From assembly GCA_024278175.1 (NCBI GenBank), contig JAJRTS010000058.1, forward strand, positions 8,693 through 72,692: a DNA stretch of 64,000 nucleotides, given 5' to 3'. This document shows, one piece after another, positions 1-10,262 of the stretch; positions within the stretch are counted from its first letter, which is position 1; each line of letters begins with the position of its first letter. Under the pieces are notes generated by a model. It was not told where the DNA came from. It saw only the letters and a list, made by a program, of their open reading frames with translations, and searched no databases. The DNA comes from Gemmatimonadales bacterium. GTDB lineage: Bacteria; Gemmatimonadota; Glassbacteria; GWA2-58-10. The position numbers were made by a program, and so were the translations under genes.

Positions 1-681
1 ACCGCGCTCACGGCCCAGAATTCCACGGGCGTCAGCGGTGTATGCAAAGTTTCGGGGGATTTCGTGGCCGCCCAGATGGAAGCCGTGCTGGCCGATATCG
101 GAGCCGATGCGCTCAAGTGCGGGATGCTCTTAAGCGCCGAAGTGGTGAGGGCCGTGGCCGGGGTACTCGCCCGCTACCGGCAGCCGCCGCTCGTGCTGGA
201 CACGGTGCTGGTGGCCAAAAGCGGAGACCCGTTGCTGGAAGAAGACGCCGTGGAGGTCATGGTCGACGAATTATTCCCGCGCGCGGCCCTGATTACGCCC
301 AACACGGTTGAGGCCGGCCGCCTGACCGGAATCGAGGTTACCGGTGAGCGTTCGATGCGCGCGGCGGCCGCGAAGCTTCAAGAGCTGGGCGCGTCCGGTG
401 TGCTGCTCAAGGGTGGACACCTGGAGGGCGATGACCTGCTGGACCTGCTGCTGCTGCCCGATGGACAGAGCAGGTTGTTCACCGGCAAGCGAATTCACAC
501 CAACCACACCCACGGCACGGGCTGCACGCTCTCGGCGGCGATCACCGCCGGGCTGGCGCGCGGGATGGAGTTGACCGCCGCGGTCGGTGCGGCGCGGGAG
601 TACCTGCTGCGCGGGATCGCCAACGCGCACGCCACCGGAGCCGGTTACGGCACCATGCTGCACGAGCCGTTTGAACCGTAA
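1..681 (+). CDS. thiD: hydroxymethylpyrimidine/phosphomethylpyrimidine kinase ThiD, 5'-truncated by window edge
   Basis: Open frame from base 1; ThiD-like C-terminal motifs (GTGCTLSAAITAGLA...); stop TAA 679-681. Confidence 0.8.
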   Translation, partial: TALTAQNSTGVSGVCKVSGDFVAAQMEAVLADIGADALKCGMLLSAEVVRAVAGVLARYRQPPLVLDTVLVAKSGDPLLEEDAVEVMVDELFPRAALITPNTVEAGRLTGIEVTGERSMRAAAAKLQELGASGVLLKGGHLEGDDLLDLLLLPDGQSRLFTGKRIHTNHTHGTGCTLSAAITAGLARGMELTAAVGAAREYLLRGIANAHATGAGYGTMLHEPFEP

Positions 682-768
682 GGCCGGGAGTGGGTGCGGC
701 ATACCGTACCCCTCCTGCTATGGTTGGGAGTGTTAGTAGGGGCTTGCCCTTGTGTTCGCCCGTAGCGC

Positions 769-802
769 AAAAAGGCCGTCCTGTAATCAGGACGGCCTTT
801 TT
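769..802. terminator. bidirectional rho-independent terminator between convergent thiD and AKR
   Basis: AAAAAGGCCGTCCTG-taatc-AGGACGGCCTTTTT perfect hairpin with A/T runs on both sides. Confidence 0.6.
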
Positions 803-823
803 GATTCTTTGCTAGCATCCGCC

Positions 824-1846
824 TCAGACCAGGTGCGCCCGCCAGCCGCCGTCGTCCACGTAATCAGGGTCGAGATAGCTCAGCTCGCCCACGCTCGGGG
901 CCAGCTCCTTGTTCAGCTTCCGCTTCTCTGCTTCCGTCATCGGGATAAAGTTCGCCGACAGCTCGCAGGCGGTGTCAACGTGCTCCACGGTGCTCATGCC
1001 CAGGATTACGCCGTGCACGGGCAGGCTGTACGCGTAACGGATCAGTTCCAGGCCCGGCGCCTTGTGCGGCTCGTTGCCGTGCTGAATCAGCTTCCTCTGA
1101 CCGGTCACCTTGAACGCCCACAGGCCGATACCCTGTTTGTTGGCCAGCGGAATCACTTCTTTCTCGAAACTCCCCGTCACCTTGTCGAATTCGCCGACCC
1201 AATGATATCCCGTGGCATTGGTCGCCACCGATACGGAATCGAACCGGAAGCGCTGCATCGCTTCAAGCAGCGGCGCGGGCTGGTGGGCGGTCGCTCCGAT
1301 GTTTTTTACAACACCTTCTTCTTTCAGCTTAACCAGCGTCTCCAGCGCCCCGGAAGAAAACATAAGTTCCGCGTCCTCGGGTCTGGTCAGCCCGTGCATG
1401 TTGGCGTTGTCAAGGTAGTCCGTTCTCAGGCGCTTCAGCGAGCGCTCGAACGCCTTCATCAGTTCGTCAGGCGCGGTGCCGGGCCCGAACTTGGTGCTGA
1501 TAAAGAGTTCCTTACGGTAAGGCTCCAGCGCCTCGCCGAAACGTTTTTCGCTGGAGCCATCGCCGTAGTGGATGCCGGTATCGTAATAGTTGACTCCCTT
1601 GCGGCGGGCCAGGTCGATCAACGCCAGCGCGTCGTCGTCCTTTTCCACCATCGACAGTGCGCTGCCGCCGCCCATGGCCAGGATCGATACGTTCATCCCG
1701 GTTTTGCCCAGCATCTTTTTGGGTACCACTTCCTCGCCACGGCTGCAACCGGCCGTGCCCACCGCGCTGAATATCGCCGCGCCGGCCGCCGCCGATTTGA
1801 GGAAATCCCGCCTGTTAAGACTGTTTTTATTGCCATTATCGGCCAT
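824..1846 (-). CDS. Tat-exported aldo/keto reductase
   Basis: AKR-like sequence; twin-arginine signal RRDFLKSAAAGAA after ATG at 1846 with GGAGG RBS 8 nt upstream; longer ORF to 1885 is probably not used. Confidence 0.8.
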   Translation of the reverse strand: MADNGNKNSLNRRDFLKSAAAGAAIFSAVGTAGCSRGEEVVPKKMLGKTGMNVSILAMGGGSALSMVEKDDDALALIDLARRKGVNYYDTGIHYGDGSSEKRFGEALEPYRKELFISTKFGPGTAPDELMKAFERSLKRLRTDYLDNANMHGLTRPEDAELMFSSGALETLVKLKEEGVVKNIGATAHQPAPLLEAMQRFRFDSVSVATNATGYHWVGEFDKVTGSFEKEVIPLANKQGIGLWAFKVTGQRKLIQHGNEPHKAPGLELIRYAYSLPVHGVILGMSTVEHVDTACELSANFIPMTEAEKRKLNKELAPSVGELSYLDPDYVDDGGWRAHLV

Positions 1847-1890
1847 CAGGGGCCTCCATGCGTAATTAGACGTAAGGTATATCACATGCT

Positions 1891-2391
1891 TTAAATATCG
1901 GTCGTGTCGCCATCGGCATCCATGTTTTCGAGCTCCGTCAGGTCCATCTTGAGCGCCATCGCGGTGGCGGTCATGATCGACCAGCTTGCGACTGATGCGC
2001 CGGTGACGGTTTCCACCGGTAGTTTCTGCTGCTCAATTATCCGCCGGGGGATAAGCTGTGCCGCCTCGGGACGCACCCAGGCGGTATCGAGCAGTGTAAT
2101 ATCCGTAATCCGGCCTTCCCGGAGCGTTACCTCCAGTTCCACCTTGACCGTGATCTCGTCGTTGACTTTCTCGTCGTACTCGCCGTGGAACACTCCACTG
2201 TTTGTGTCCAGCGCGGAGAGGGACATCAGGTCGAAAGGCTCCTCGGCCACAGCCTCCTGTTGCGCCGGCTCCCGCCCAACCGCGGACGCGGAATCGGATA
2301 CTTTTTCTTTACCATCGCCACAGGCGATAGTTGCGATAAGCAGGCAAATCCCGGCGAGAAAAGAATATGTACGCTGCATACCGTTACGCAT
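1891..2391 (-). CDS. FMN-binding-domain lipoprotein
   Basis: Lipobox LIATIAC-G; C-terminal VTGASVAS motif resembling the FMN_bind (RnfG/NosR-like) domain. Confidence 0.5.
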   Translation of the reverse strand: MRNGMQRTYSFLAGICLLIATIACGDGKEKVSDSASAVGREPAQQEAVAEEPFDLMSLSALDTNSGVFHGEYDEKVNDEITVKVELEVTLREGRITDITLLDTAWVRPEAAQLIPRRIIEQQKLPVETVTGASVASWSIMTATAMALKMDLTELENMDADGDTTDI

Positions 2392-2492
2392 CCTTTGTTA
2401 CAAAGATGATCCGGTGTCGTCAGGGGGAAAGCTATCTTCCTGCATACAGGGAATAAACGGAAAAATATAGTCAAAGTTAACTAAGAGTGAAA

Positions 2493-2546
2493 AAAATATC
2501 AAGATCAGGAATCCGCTGCCCACAGTTGTGAGTGCTCTTGATATTT
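2493..2546. promoter_or_regulatory. 11-bp perfect inverted repeat (AAATATCAAGA...TCTTGATATTT) in the divergent promoter region; candidate operator
   Basis: Seen directly in the AT-rich 2392-2640 intergenic region upstream of the Tat TIM-barrel gene. Confidence 0.3.
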
Positions 2547-2640
2547 GGCCGGATTATTATCATCATGGTGGTATGCCGACGAGCAATAAAAGGTGGGTTT
2601 TCGTGTTGAATTCGTTTAACCGTTAACTGGAGGACGATAG

Positions 2641-3642
2641 ATGAGCGAGCGCAGGATGTACAGAAGAGATTTTCTGCACAGGCTGGGCCTGTCCGCGGCC
2701 ACGGCGGTGGGCATGGGTGGAGCAGCGGCCTGCGGCGGCGGTGGGGCAAACGTGGCGGCCGGGAAAACGGCGAAAAACGCGGCCGGGCAAACGGCGGGAA
2801 GCGCAGCCAAACAGACGACCGGCGCCGGGGCGGGTGGCAGGCGGGGGCCGAAAGTGGCCCTGTGCACGATCGCGTTTCGTGAGCTACCGTTCCGGGACGT
2901 GCTGAGCCTGGCCCGCGAGGCCGGGTTCGACGGGGTGGAGCCGTGGGGCAAGCCCGACCATCTGCCGCTTACGCTTACCGATGACCAGGTCCGTCAGGCG
3001 CGCCGGGCTGCGGAGGATATGGGGCTGGCGATCAGTCATTACGGCTGTTACGTGCGCATAGGCGATGACCTGGAGCACGAGGTGGTCAGCCAGCAACAGA
3101 AAGAAGCCGACATGGCCCGGGCCGTGGAGATCACCGGACTGCTGGGCACGGATATCTGCCGGATCTGGGCCGGCAACAAGGACAGCGAGCTGATGTCGGA
3201 GGCGGACTGGGAGAAGATAGTACGCGACGGGAAAACGTTCTGCTCCCTGGCCGAGGCCGCCGGCGTTACGCTGGCTATCGAGATGCACGGCAGAAGCGTA
3301 ACCAACAAAGCCGCCGCCGCGGTGGACCTGATAGGGAGGGTGGGCAGCCCGGCGCTGAAGCTCAACTACCAGATCCTCAACAACAGCGAAGACCCCTACG
3401 AGCGGGCCAGGATCGCCGGGCCGCACGTGGTGATGGTCCATGCGCAGAATCAGCCCAGGGAAGGCCAGGGCCAGGGACCGATCTGCGGCGGGGTGGTGGA
3501 CTTCCAGAAGGTGTGGGATATCCTCCACGGCGAGTTCGGTTTCGACGGCTACATGGAAGTGGAGTTCGTGGCCGGAGAAACCCCGGAAGAGAAACACACG
3601 GCCCTGGTGGCCGACTGCCAGTGCCTGCAGGCGATAGCGTAA
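2641..3642 (+). CDS. Tat-exported sugar phosphate isomerase/epimerase (xylose isomerase-like TIM barrel)
   Basis: RRDFLHRLGLSAATAVG twin-arginine signal plus Gly/Ala-rich linker; xylose-isomerase-like TIM-barrel body; RBS GGAGG. Confidence 0.8.
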   Translation: MSERRMYRRDFLHRLGLSAATAVGMGGAAACGGGGANVAAGKTAKNAAGQTAGSAAKQTTGAGAGGRRGPKVALCTIAFRELPFRDVLSLAREAGFDGVEPWGKPDHLPLTLTDDQVRQARRAAEDMGLAISHYGCYVRIGDDLEHEVVSQQQKEADMARAVEITGLLGTDICRIWAGNKDSELMSEADWEKIVRDGKTFCSLAEAAGVTLAIEMHGRSVTNKAAAAVDLIGRVGSPALKLNYQILNNSEDPYERARIAGPHVVMVHAQNQPREGQGQGPICGGVVDFQKVWDILHGEFGFDGYMEVEFVAGETPEEKHTALVADCQCLQAIA

Positions 3643-3711
3643 CTGTCCGATCAAATAAAAAAGAGAAAGGGACCGCAAGTCCCTTTCTCTTTTTTGGCTG
3701 TTTGCGCTTTG

Positions 3712-5259
3712 CTAACTGCCCAGTTCGTAGAGCATCCTGGCCCCGCAGGACGGCTTGAGCGCCAGCAGAGGCGAGGCCGATTTCTCGCGGTAGCGAAGGT
3801 GGGCTTCGGGGTAGGCGTGGATCGCGTCCTCGAAGTAACGCTGACGGACCTCGGCCATGAAGCTTTCCAGCTTGTGATCCGCCACCAGGCTCACGGTGCA
3901 GCCCCCGAACCCGGCCCCGGTCAGGCGGCTGCCCGCGGCCCCGGCTTCCAGGGCGATCGCCACCAGGTCGTCGATAGCCGGATGGCTGATCTCGTAGTTG
4001 TCCCGGCAACTGTAATACGACTCGTTCATCAGGCGGCCGAACCACTGTCCGTCGCCGTTATGCAGCGCCTCCAGCGCCTGCTCCACCCGGCCGGTCTCGG
4101 TGACCACGTGACGGGCCCGGGCCAGCAGTTTGTAGCCGCAGTCGGGTTCGGGGATCGTCTCGCCATCGACCGAGCCGCCGAAGCGCTGTTCGAACTGCTC
4201 CAGCGTGATCCCCAGTTCAGCCGCAAGCTCCAGCCTGGAGTAGCCGTGCCATTTGAAATGCTTTTTCATCTCCGTCAGCAGTCGCTCCGGTCCCAACTCG
4301 TAGAAGATATCGCCCAGCCGGCGAATTTTGGTGCTGTCGAGTTCCAGACGGCGGCAGAGCAGCGCGGTGGCCAGTTTACAGACCGTGTGCCTGGTGTTGT
4401 AGGCGATCTTGGCGTTGAGCGTCTTGGCCGCCTCCACCATCGAGTTGGCTACCACCACCGTGTAGTCCGGGGGCAGGGGAGTAGTCTGGACCCGCAACGG
4501 GAAGAAATCGATTTTCAGCGCCATGTCCTTCTCGCCCAGCAGGCTGACCGCCTGATCCATTTCCCCGCAGTCGATCCCGGTGTACTGCTCGGCGCGCGCC
4601 ATCGCGCCGGCCAGCTCCACGGGCTCCATCTCCAGGCCTGCCACCCGCAGGGCTGTCATCCCGGTGGCAACCACCAGGCTGCTGCTGCTCGAAAGCCCCG
4701 CGCTGGTGGGCAGCACTCCGTAAAAGCAGGCGTTGAACCCGCGAGTCACTTTTTTCCGACCAACCGAGTCGATAATCCCCTGCACGCCGGCCACAACGTA
4801 GTTGCCCCAGTCGCCCGAGGAGTAGCGCTCGATTTTCCCGGCCAGCTCGAACTCCCTGTCCGGGAACTCGGGGTTGACAATTTTTACCAGGTTGTCCTCG
4901 CGCGGCGAGAAAGCGACCAGAATATCGTAGTCGATCGCCATCGGCATCACCGGCAGGCCGTTGTAGTCCGTGTGCTCGCCGATCAGGTTCACCCGTCCCG
5001 GGGCGCGCAGCACGCCGACATCGCTCTCACCAGGGAAACGTTCGGCGAACGTGACCAGCAACCGGGTCAGGTGGTCGGTTACCTCGGTGTTGTTGTAGAT
5101 CTCGCCCAGCGGCCCGGTAACCTGGGGGTACCTGTTTTTCAGGCCGTTGAGCACTTCCTGGAGTTTCATTTTTTTGTCCGGGGAAAAATTAAAAAGAGAA
5201 CGCATTGCCTCGTAGCGAGCCGCGGGCAATTTCCACTTACTTTCCGAATGGGCCGCCAA
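3712..5259 (-). CDS. galK: galactokinase-family GHMP kinase (long form)
   Basis: Galactokinase signature GRVNLIGEHTDYNG and GHMP motif PTSAGLSSSSS; start uncertain (TTG at 5259, ATG at 5205 or 5169). Confidence 0.75.
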   Translation of the reverse strand: MAAHSESKWKLPAARYEAMRSLFNFSPDKKMKLQEVLNGLKNRYPQVTGPLGEIYNNTEVTDHLTRLLVTFAERFPGESDVGVLRAPGRVNLIGEHTDYNGLPVMPMAIDYDILVAFSPREDNLVKIVNPEFPDREFELAGKIERYSSGDWGNYVVAGVQGIIDSVGRKKVTRGFNACFYGVLPTSAGLSSSSSLVVATGMTALRVAGLEMEPVELAGAMARAEQYTGIDCGEMDQAVSLLGEKDMALKIDFFPLRVQTTPLPPDYTVVVANSMVEAAKTLNAKIAYNTRHTVCKLATALLCRRLELDSTKIRRLGDIFYELGPERLLTEMKKHFKWHGYSRLELAAELGITLEQFEQRFGGSVDGETIPEPDCGYKLLARARHVVTETGRVEQALEALHNGDGQWFGRLMNESYYSCRDNYEISHPAIDDLVAIALEAGAAGSRLTGAGFGGCTVSLVADHKLESFMAEVRQRYFEDAIHAYPEAHLRYREKSASPLLALKPSCGARMLYELGS

Positions 5260-5395
5260 GAATAAAATATCCTGATTTCAGCTAAATACAAGAGGAGCTT
5301 TATGGCGAATTTTGGTCTGAAGCCGGTGAGCGCCGAAATAAAAAAGGCCGGAGCCTGGCGAGGCTCCGGTTTTCCCGGTAAAAAACACCGCGGGA

Positions 5396-7162
5396 TTACT
5401 CCCCCACCTGCTCCCAGCCGATTTTGCTCAAAATCAGGTACAGGGTCAGCACCATCAGTGCGGCGAACCCAAGCAAGGCCGCGCCCGGGCCATATTCACC
5501 GAGGATAACCTTGCCGAAACCGAACAGTGTGCTGTAGACCAACCCTACGCTGGCCAGCCAACACAGGCACATTGCCCAGTAGCCGCCGTCTGGTTTTACC
5601 TCCGGCACCAGCGCGGCAATTTTGCGCCAGCCCGGTCCGCCGGGGTGCACGCGGCGGTAGAAGTTTTTCAGGTGTTCCTCGGCGGTGGGGCGGGTCAGCA
5701 GGGTGGTCACCAGCCAGACCACGGTGGTAAAGCCCACGATGTAAAACAGGCTGTTCGGGAACTCAATATTAGTGTAGAACTTAAGGTACCCGTAGGCGAT
5801 AAACGGAGCGATCAGCGCGGAGATTTCACTCCAGGCGTTGACCCGCCACCAGAACCAGCGCAGCAGGAATACCAGGCCCACACCCGCGCCGCACTCGACC
5901 AGAAACTGCCAGGCTCCGGAGATAGTCTCCAGCAGGCTGGTGATAATCAGCGCGATCAGCATCATGATCACCGTGGTCACCCGGCTGGCTTTGACATAGT
6001 GTTTCTCGCTGGCTTCTTTGGCCAGGAACCGTTTGTAGAAATCGTTGATCAGGTAGCTGCTGCCCAGGTTGAGCTGGGTGGCGATTGTGGACATGTAGGC
6101 CGCGAAAAAGGCCGCGATCAGCAGGCCGCGCAGGCCGGATGGAAGGTGGTCGCGGATAATCAGCACGAACCCGTCGCCCTTCTCCGAAACTCCCAGGTCG
6201 GGGTAGAGCACCAGCGCCACCAGCGCCACGATAATCCAGGGCCAGGGGCGAAGGCAGTAGTGGCCGACATTGAACCACAGCGTGGCGAACAGGCTGTGCT
6301 TCTCGTCCTTGGCCGACATCATCCGCTGGGCGATATAACCGCCGCCGCCCTGCTCGGCGCCCGGAAACCAGCTCGCCCACCACTGCAGTCCAAGATAGGC
6401 GAACAGTGCCGGCCAGGTCAGTTGCAGCATCCCGACGATGTCGGTGTTGCCGGTTGATTCGGCCACGCTGGGCAGGAAATTGAGGATTTGCGGGTCCAGC
6501 TTCTCCTTCAGTCCGGCAATCCCGCCCACCTCCGGCAGGCCCACGGCGACAAAAGCGAGAATGATACAGCCGGTCATCGCGGTGAGAAAATGCAACGTAT
6601 CGGCCACCGCCGCGCCCCACAGTCCGCTGGCGGCGCTGTAGATCGTCACGATCAGCATGCAGAGGCTGACAACCAGCCACATGTTGTCCCAACCCATCGT
6701 GATCCGCAGGATCTTGAACATCGCCAGGTTGACCCAGGCCATGATCACGCAGTTGATGAATATTCCCAGATAAATCGAGCGGAACCCGCGCAGGAACGCC
6801 GCCGGTTTGCCCGTGTAGCGCAGCTCGATAAACTCGATATCGGTCAGGATCCCGCTCCGTCGCCAGAGACGGCTGAAGAAGAACACGGTCAGGGTGGTGC
6901 CCAGGATGAAGTTCCACCAGAACCAGTTGCCCGCGATCCCGTTTTTGCCCACCAGCTCGGCAACGGCCAGGGGAGTGTCCGCGGCGAACGTGGTGGCGAT
7001 CATACTGGTGCCCGCGATATACCATGGCAGGTTGCGACCGCCGAGGAAGAAATTCTGGATGTTGCGTCCGGCCCGTTTAGCGAAAAAGAAGCAGATCGCC
7101 AGCACTAACACGAAATAACCGAGAAAGATAGTCCAGTCCAGTGCGGTAAATACCATCTGCAA
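5396..7162 (-). CDS. sodium:solute symporter family transporter
   Basis: 588 aa polytopic protein with SSF-like N-terminus (GGRNLPWYIAGTSMIATTFAADT). Confidence 0.85.
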   Translation of the reverse strand: MQMVFTALDWTIFLGYFVLVLAICFFFAKRAGRNIQNFFLGGRNLPWYIAGTSMIATTFAADTPLAVAELVGKNGIAGNWFWWNFILGTTLTVFFFSRLWRRSGILTDIEFIELRYTGKPAAFLRGFRSIYLGIFINCVIMAWVNLAMFKILRITMGWDNMWLVVSLCMLIVTIYSAASGLWGAAVADTLHFLTAMTGCIILAFVAVGLPEVGGIAGLKEKLDPQILNFLPSVAESTGNTDIVGMLQLTWPALFAYLGLQWWASWFPGAEQGGGGYIAQRMMSAKDEKHSLFATLWFNVGHYCLRPWPWIIVALVALVLYPDLGVSEKGDGFVLIIRDHLPSGLRGLLIAAFFAAYMSTIATQLNLGSSYLINDFYKRFLAKEASEKHYVKASRVTTVIMMLIALIITSLLETISGAWQFLVECGAGVGLVFLLRWFWWRVNAWSEISALIAPFIAYGYLKFYTNIEFPNSLFYIVGFTTVVWLVTTLLTRPTAEEHLKNFYRRVHPGGPGWRKIAALVPEVKPDGGYWAMCLCWLASVGLVYSTLFGFGKVILGEYGPGAALLGFAALMVLTLYLILSKIGWEQVGE

Positions 7163-7447
7163 GATCCTCCTCAGGGTGGGTGCGGGCGGCCCGTGGGGCT
7201 GAAGCCGGGTGTGTGATGTAAGTGCTCAGAGAGTTAGTCGTCAGCATAAGATTATAGCCATCGGCGCGGTTGTCAAAAGATAAATCGGCTGCTTGAGCAT
7301 AAAAGCACTTGCCGCCCGGCGGACAAAGCCATAGAATTCCTGGTGATATTATTCGATTATAACAAAGTATGGAGCAGCCGATAACCGATGGAGCGGTAAA
7401 AAGCCGCCCCTGTTCGTGAGGAGTGATATTGACGGGAGGAGCGCCAG

Positions 7448-8284
7448 ATGGCTGAACTGTTATTCGGTACAGGGGGAGTGCCGCACTCGGCCAGGGACAG
7501 GAGCGGGCTGGCGGGAATCCGTCGGATCGCCGAGCTGGGCCTGGGAAACCTGGAAGTGGAGTTTGTCCACGGGGTGCGAACGGGCGAGGAAAAATGCCGT
7601 CTCTACGGGCAGACCGCCCGCGAGCTGGGCGTGGCCCTGACCTGCCACGGGCCCTACTATGTCAACCTTAACTCCAACGAGCCGGAGAAGAAAGAGGCCA
7701 GTATCCGGCGCGTGCTCAACACAGCGCGGGCCGCGTACTGGATGGGCGCGGAGAGCTACACGTTCCACGCCGCCTTTTTCATGAAGCAGGACCCGGAGCA
7801 GGTTTACACCGTGGTGCGCGAGGCCATCGAGCGGATCATGGAGGAGATAGACCGGGAGGGGATAGCCGGTCCGAGACTCAGCCCGGAACTGACCGGCAAG
7901 CCGACCCAGTGGGGCAGCCTCGGGGAGTTGATCCGGCTCTGTCAGGATGTAAAGGGCGTGCATCCCTGTATCGATTTCGCCCACGCCCACGCCCGCAGCG
8001 GCGGAGCGGAGAACAGCTACGATGAGTTCTGCGCCACCCTGGAAGCGATAAAAAGCGAACTGGGCCGGCAGTACCTGGACCGTCTGCACATTCACGTGTC
8101 CGGGATAGAATACGGCCCCAAAGGCGAACGGCACCACCTGGTGCTGCAGGAGAGCGACCTGAAGTACGAGGAGTTGCTCCGGGCCCTGCGAGACTACGAG
8201 GTGGGCGGAACGGTGGTCTGCGAAAGCCCCAGCCTGGAAGAGGACGCCGCGCTGATGAAGGCGGCGTATGAGAAGCTCGGTTAA
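7448..8284 (+). CDS. endonuclease IV (Nfo/AP_endonuc_2) family TIM-barrel protein
   Basis: Nfo-like blocks (YYVNL..., FHAA, HPCIDFAHAHA, HIHVSG...GERHH); RBS GGGAGGAG. Confidence 0.6.
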   Translation: MAELLFGTGGVPHSARDRSGLAGIRRIAELGLGNLEVEFVHGVRTGEEKCRLYGQTARELGVALTCHGPYYVNLNSNEPEKKEASIRRVLNTARAAYWMGAESYTFHAAFFMKQDPEQVYTVVREAIERIMEEIDREGIAGPRLSPELTGKPTQWGSLGELIRLCQDVKGVHPCIDFAHAHARSGGAENSYDEFCATLEAIKSELGRQYLDRLHIHVSGIEYGPKGERHHLVLQESDLKYEELLRALRDYEVGGTVVCESPSLEEDAALMKAAYEKLG

Positions 8285-8324
8285 AACTTGTCCACTGCTA
8301 ACCCTCTGCCGGAAAGGCCGTGCC

Positions 8325-9182
8325 ATGAAACAATATTGGAGTTTTACCGCCATTGCGGGTGCGCTCGCTCTCATTATTGCCGCCGCCTGCGGCCAGAGTC
8401 CCCCGCCGCAACAGCAACAGCAACAGCAGCAGAAGCAGGTGCAGGCGCAGGCTCGGCAAGATGAGCAGCAGGAAGAACAGTGGATCCAGTTGTTCAACGG
8501 TAAAAATCTCTCGGGTTGGAAAGTGAAATTGAGGGGCTACGAGCTGGGGGATAATTTTGGCAACACGTTCCGGGTGGAAGACGGAGCTATGAAAGTCTCC
8601 TACGACCAGTACGAGACTTTCGGCAACACGTTCGGTCATATCTTCTACGAGAAGCCGTTTTCCAACTACGTGCTTCGCGTGGAGTACCGCTTTGTGGGAG
8701 AACAGTGCCCGGGTGGCGAAAGCTGGGCGTTTCGCAACAGCGGGATCATGATCCACGGCCAGAGCCCGGAGAGCATGAGAGTTGAGCAGAAGTTTCCGGT
8801 CAGTATCGAGGTGCAACTGCTGGGCGGCGATGGAGCTACCGAGCGCCCGACCGCCAACCTCTGCACCCCCGGCACGAACGTTGTGATCGGCGGCGAACTC
8901 TGGACACAGCATTGCCTCAATTCCAGCTCCAAAACCTATCACGGCGACCAGTGGGTTAGAGTGGAAGTTGAGGTGCGGGGCAACGAGGTTATCCGTCACA
9001 TTGTGGAAGGCGATACCGTGATGGAGTACACCCGGCCCCAGTTGGACGACTCCGATCAGGACGCGCGCCGTCTGCTGGAAGGTGGGCAGCCGCTGATGCT
9101 TACCGGCGGTTATATCTCGTTGCAGTCCGAGAGCCACCCGATAGAGTTCCGCAAGGTTGAACTGAGGGAGTTGCAGGATTGA
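8325..9182 (+). CDS. DUF1080 (3-keto-disaccharide hydrolase-like) lipoprotein with poly-Q linker
   Basis: Signal peptide plus lipobox AAACG, Q-rich linker, DUF1080-like body (WKV..F...DG); ATG 8325 with GGAAAGG RBS. Confidence 0.75.
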   Translation: MKQYWSFTAIAGALALIIAAACGQSPPPQQQQQQQQKQVQAQARQDEQQEEQWIQLFNGKNLSGWKVKLRGYELGDNFGNTFRVEDGAMKVSYDQYETFGNTFGHIFYEKPFSNYVLRVEYRFVGEQCPGGESWAFRNSGIMIHGQSPESMRVEQKFPVSIEVQLLGGDGATERPTANLCTPGTNVVIGGELWTQHCLNSSSKTYHGDQWVRVEVEVRGNEVIRHIVEGDTVMEYTRPQLDDSDQDARRLLEGGQPLMLTGGYISLQSESHPIEFRKVELRELQD

Positions 9183-10108
9183 AGGGTACGGAGAGCATGG
9201 ACAGGGAAAACCGCGGGTCGCAAAACCTGCTCGGAGCTATCGATCTGGGGGGGACGAAAATCCTGTCGGCGCTGTTTTCTTCCACCGGCGATATTTTCGA
9301 CTTCTGTGCCGAAGCCCCCACGCCGGCCGGACTCAGTGGCGCGCAACTGGTCGGGAGGATCGCGGCCAATCTGCTGGAGACTATCGAAGGTAACGGCAAC
9401 AAGCCGGGAGAGTTATCAGGCGTCGGGATCGGAGTACCCACCACGATCCAGTACGAGCGGGGGCTGATCGACGAGTCTCCCAACCTGCCCAGGTTGAAGG
9501 ATTATCCACTGGCGCGCAAGCTGGCGGACCGTCTGGGCCTGCCGGTTGTCATGGAGAAGGACGCCAACTGTTTCCTGCTCGGAGAGCTGCATTTCGGGGC
9601 AGCGCGGGGCAGCGCGGAGTGCTGCGGGGTCACCCTGGGTACGGGCCTCGGCCTGGGAGTGGTGGTCGGGGGGCGGCTTGTGCGCGGGCATAGCTGCTGT
9701 GCCGGTGAAATCTGGAGGTCCCCCTACCGCGATGGTATCCTCGAGGACTGGGTTTCGGGAACGGCCCTGGCTGCCAGATATTCTCAAGCCGGTGGAGAGA
9801 TACTTAAGGGCGGGGAAATTCATCAACGGGCAATCGAGGGCGAGCCGCTGGCCCGCGGAACTCTGCTGGCGCTGGGCGAGGCCCTGGGTTTCGGTCTCTC
9901 GTACCTGGTGAACGTGCTGAACCCGGAGGTTGTGGTTGTCGGCGGCTCGGTGGCCCGGGCCTGGGATTTTTTCCGTGCGCCCATGTTGGCGGTGGTCGAT
10001 AAGCACAAGGTGAAAAGAAATACGACAAAAATCATTCCCGGCGCTCTGGGCGCAAGGGCCGGCCTGTACGGAGCGATCTCATTGTTGAAAGAATGGAAGA
10101 AGCGATAA
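9179..10108 (+). CDS. ROK family sugar kinase (glucokinase/N-acetylglucosamine kinase-like)
   Basis: LLGAIDLGGTKI N-terminal motif, ROK CxCGxxGC-like cysteine region; TTG start 9179 overlapping upstream stop (ATG alternative at 9197). Confidence 0.8.
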   Translation: MKGTESMDRENRGSQNLLGAIDLGGTKILSALFSSTGDIFDFCAEAPTPAGLSGAQLVGRIAANLLETIEGNGNKPGELSGVGIGVPTTIQYERGLIDESPNLPRLKDYPLARKLADRLGLPVVMEKDANCFLLGELHFGAARGSAECCGVTLGTGLGLGVVVGGRLVRGHSCCAGEIWRSPYRDGILEDWVSGTALAARYSQAGGEILKGGEIHQRAIEGEPLARGTLLALGEALGFGLSYLVNVLNPEVVVVGGSVARAWDFFRAPMLAVVDKHKVKRNTTKIIPGALGARAGLYGAISLLKEWKKR

Positions 10109-10262
10109 AGCTATTGCGACTTCAGCCGCAACAGGCTAATTATCTGTTGTAAGAAAATGCCGTGTTTTAGGTATTGTACTAAACGCCTGCCTGTTCGGCG
10201 CTTACCTGTTTTGATCCGGCGCAAGTCGATTGATTTCATCTTCAACGTACAAGGGACGCGAC

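Noticed and set aside
5645-7108. Several 200-400-aa ORFs on both strands overlapping the symporter gene
   Set aside because: Alternative frames of a real transporter gene; Arg/Pro/His-rich junk composition.
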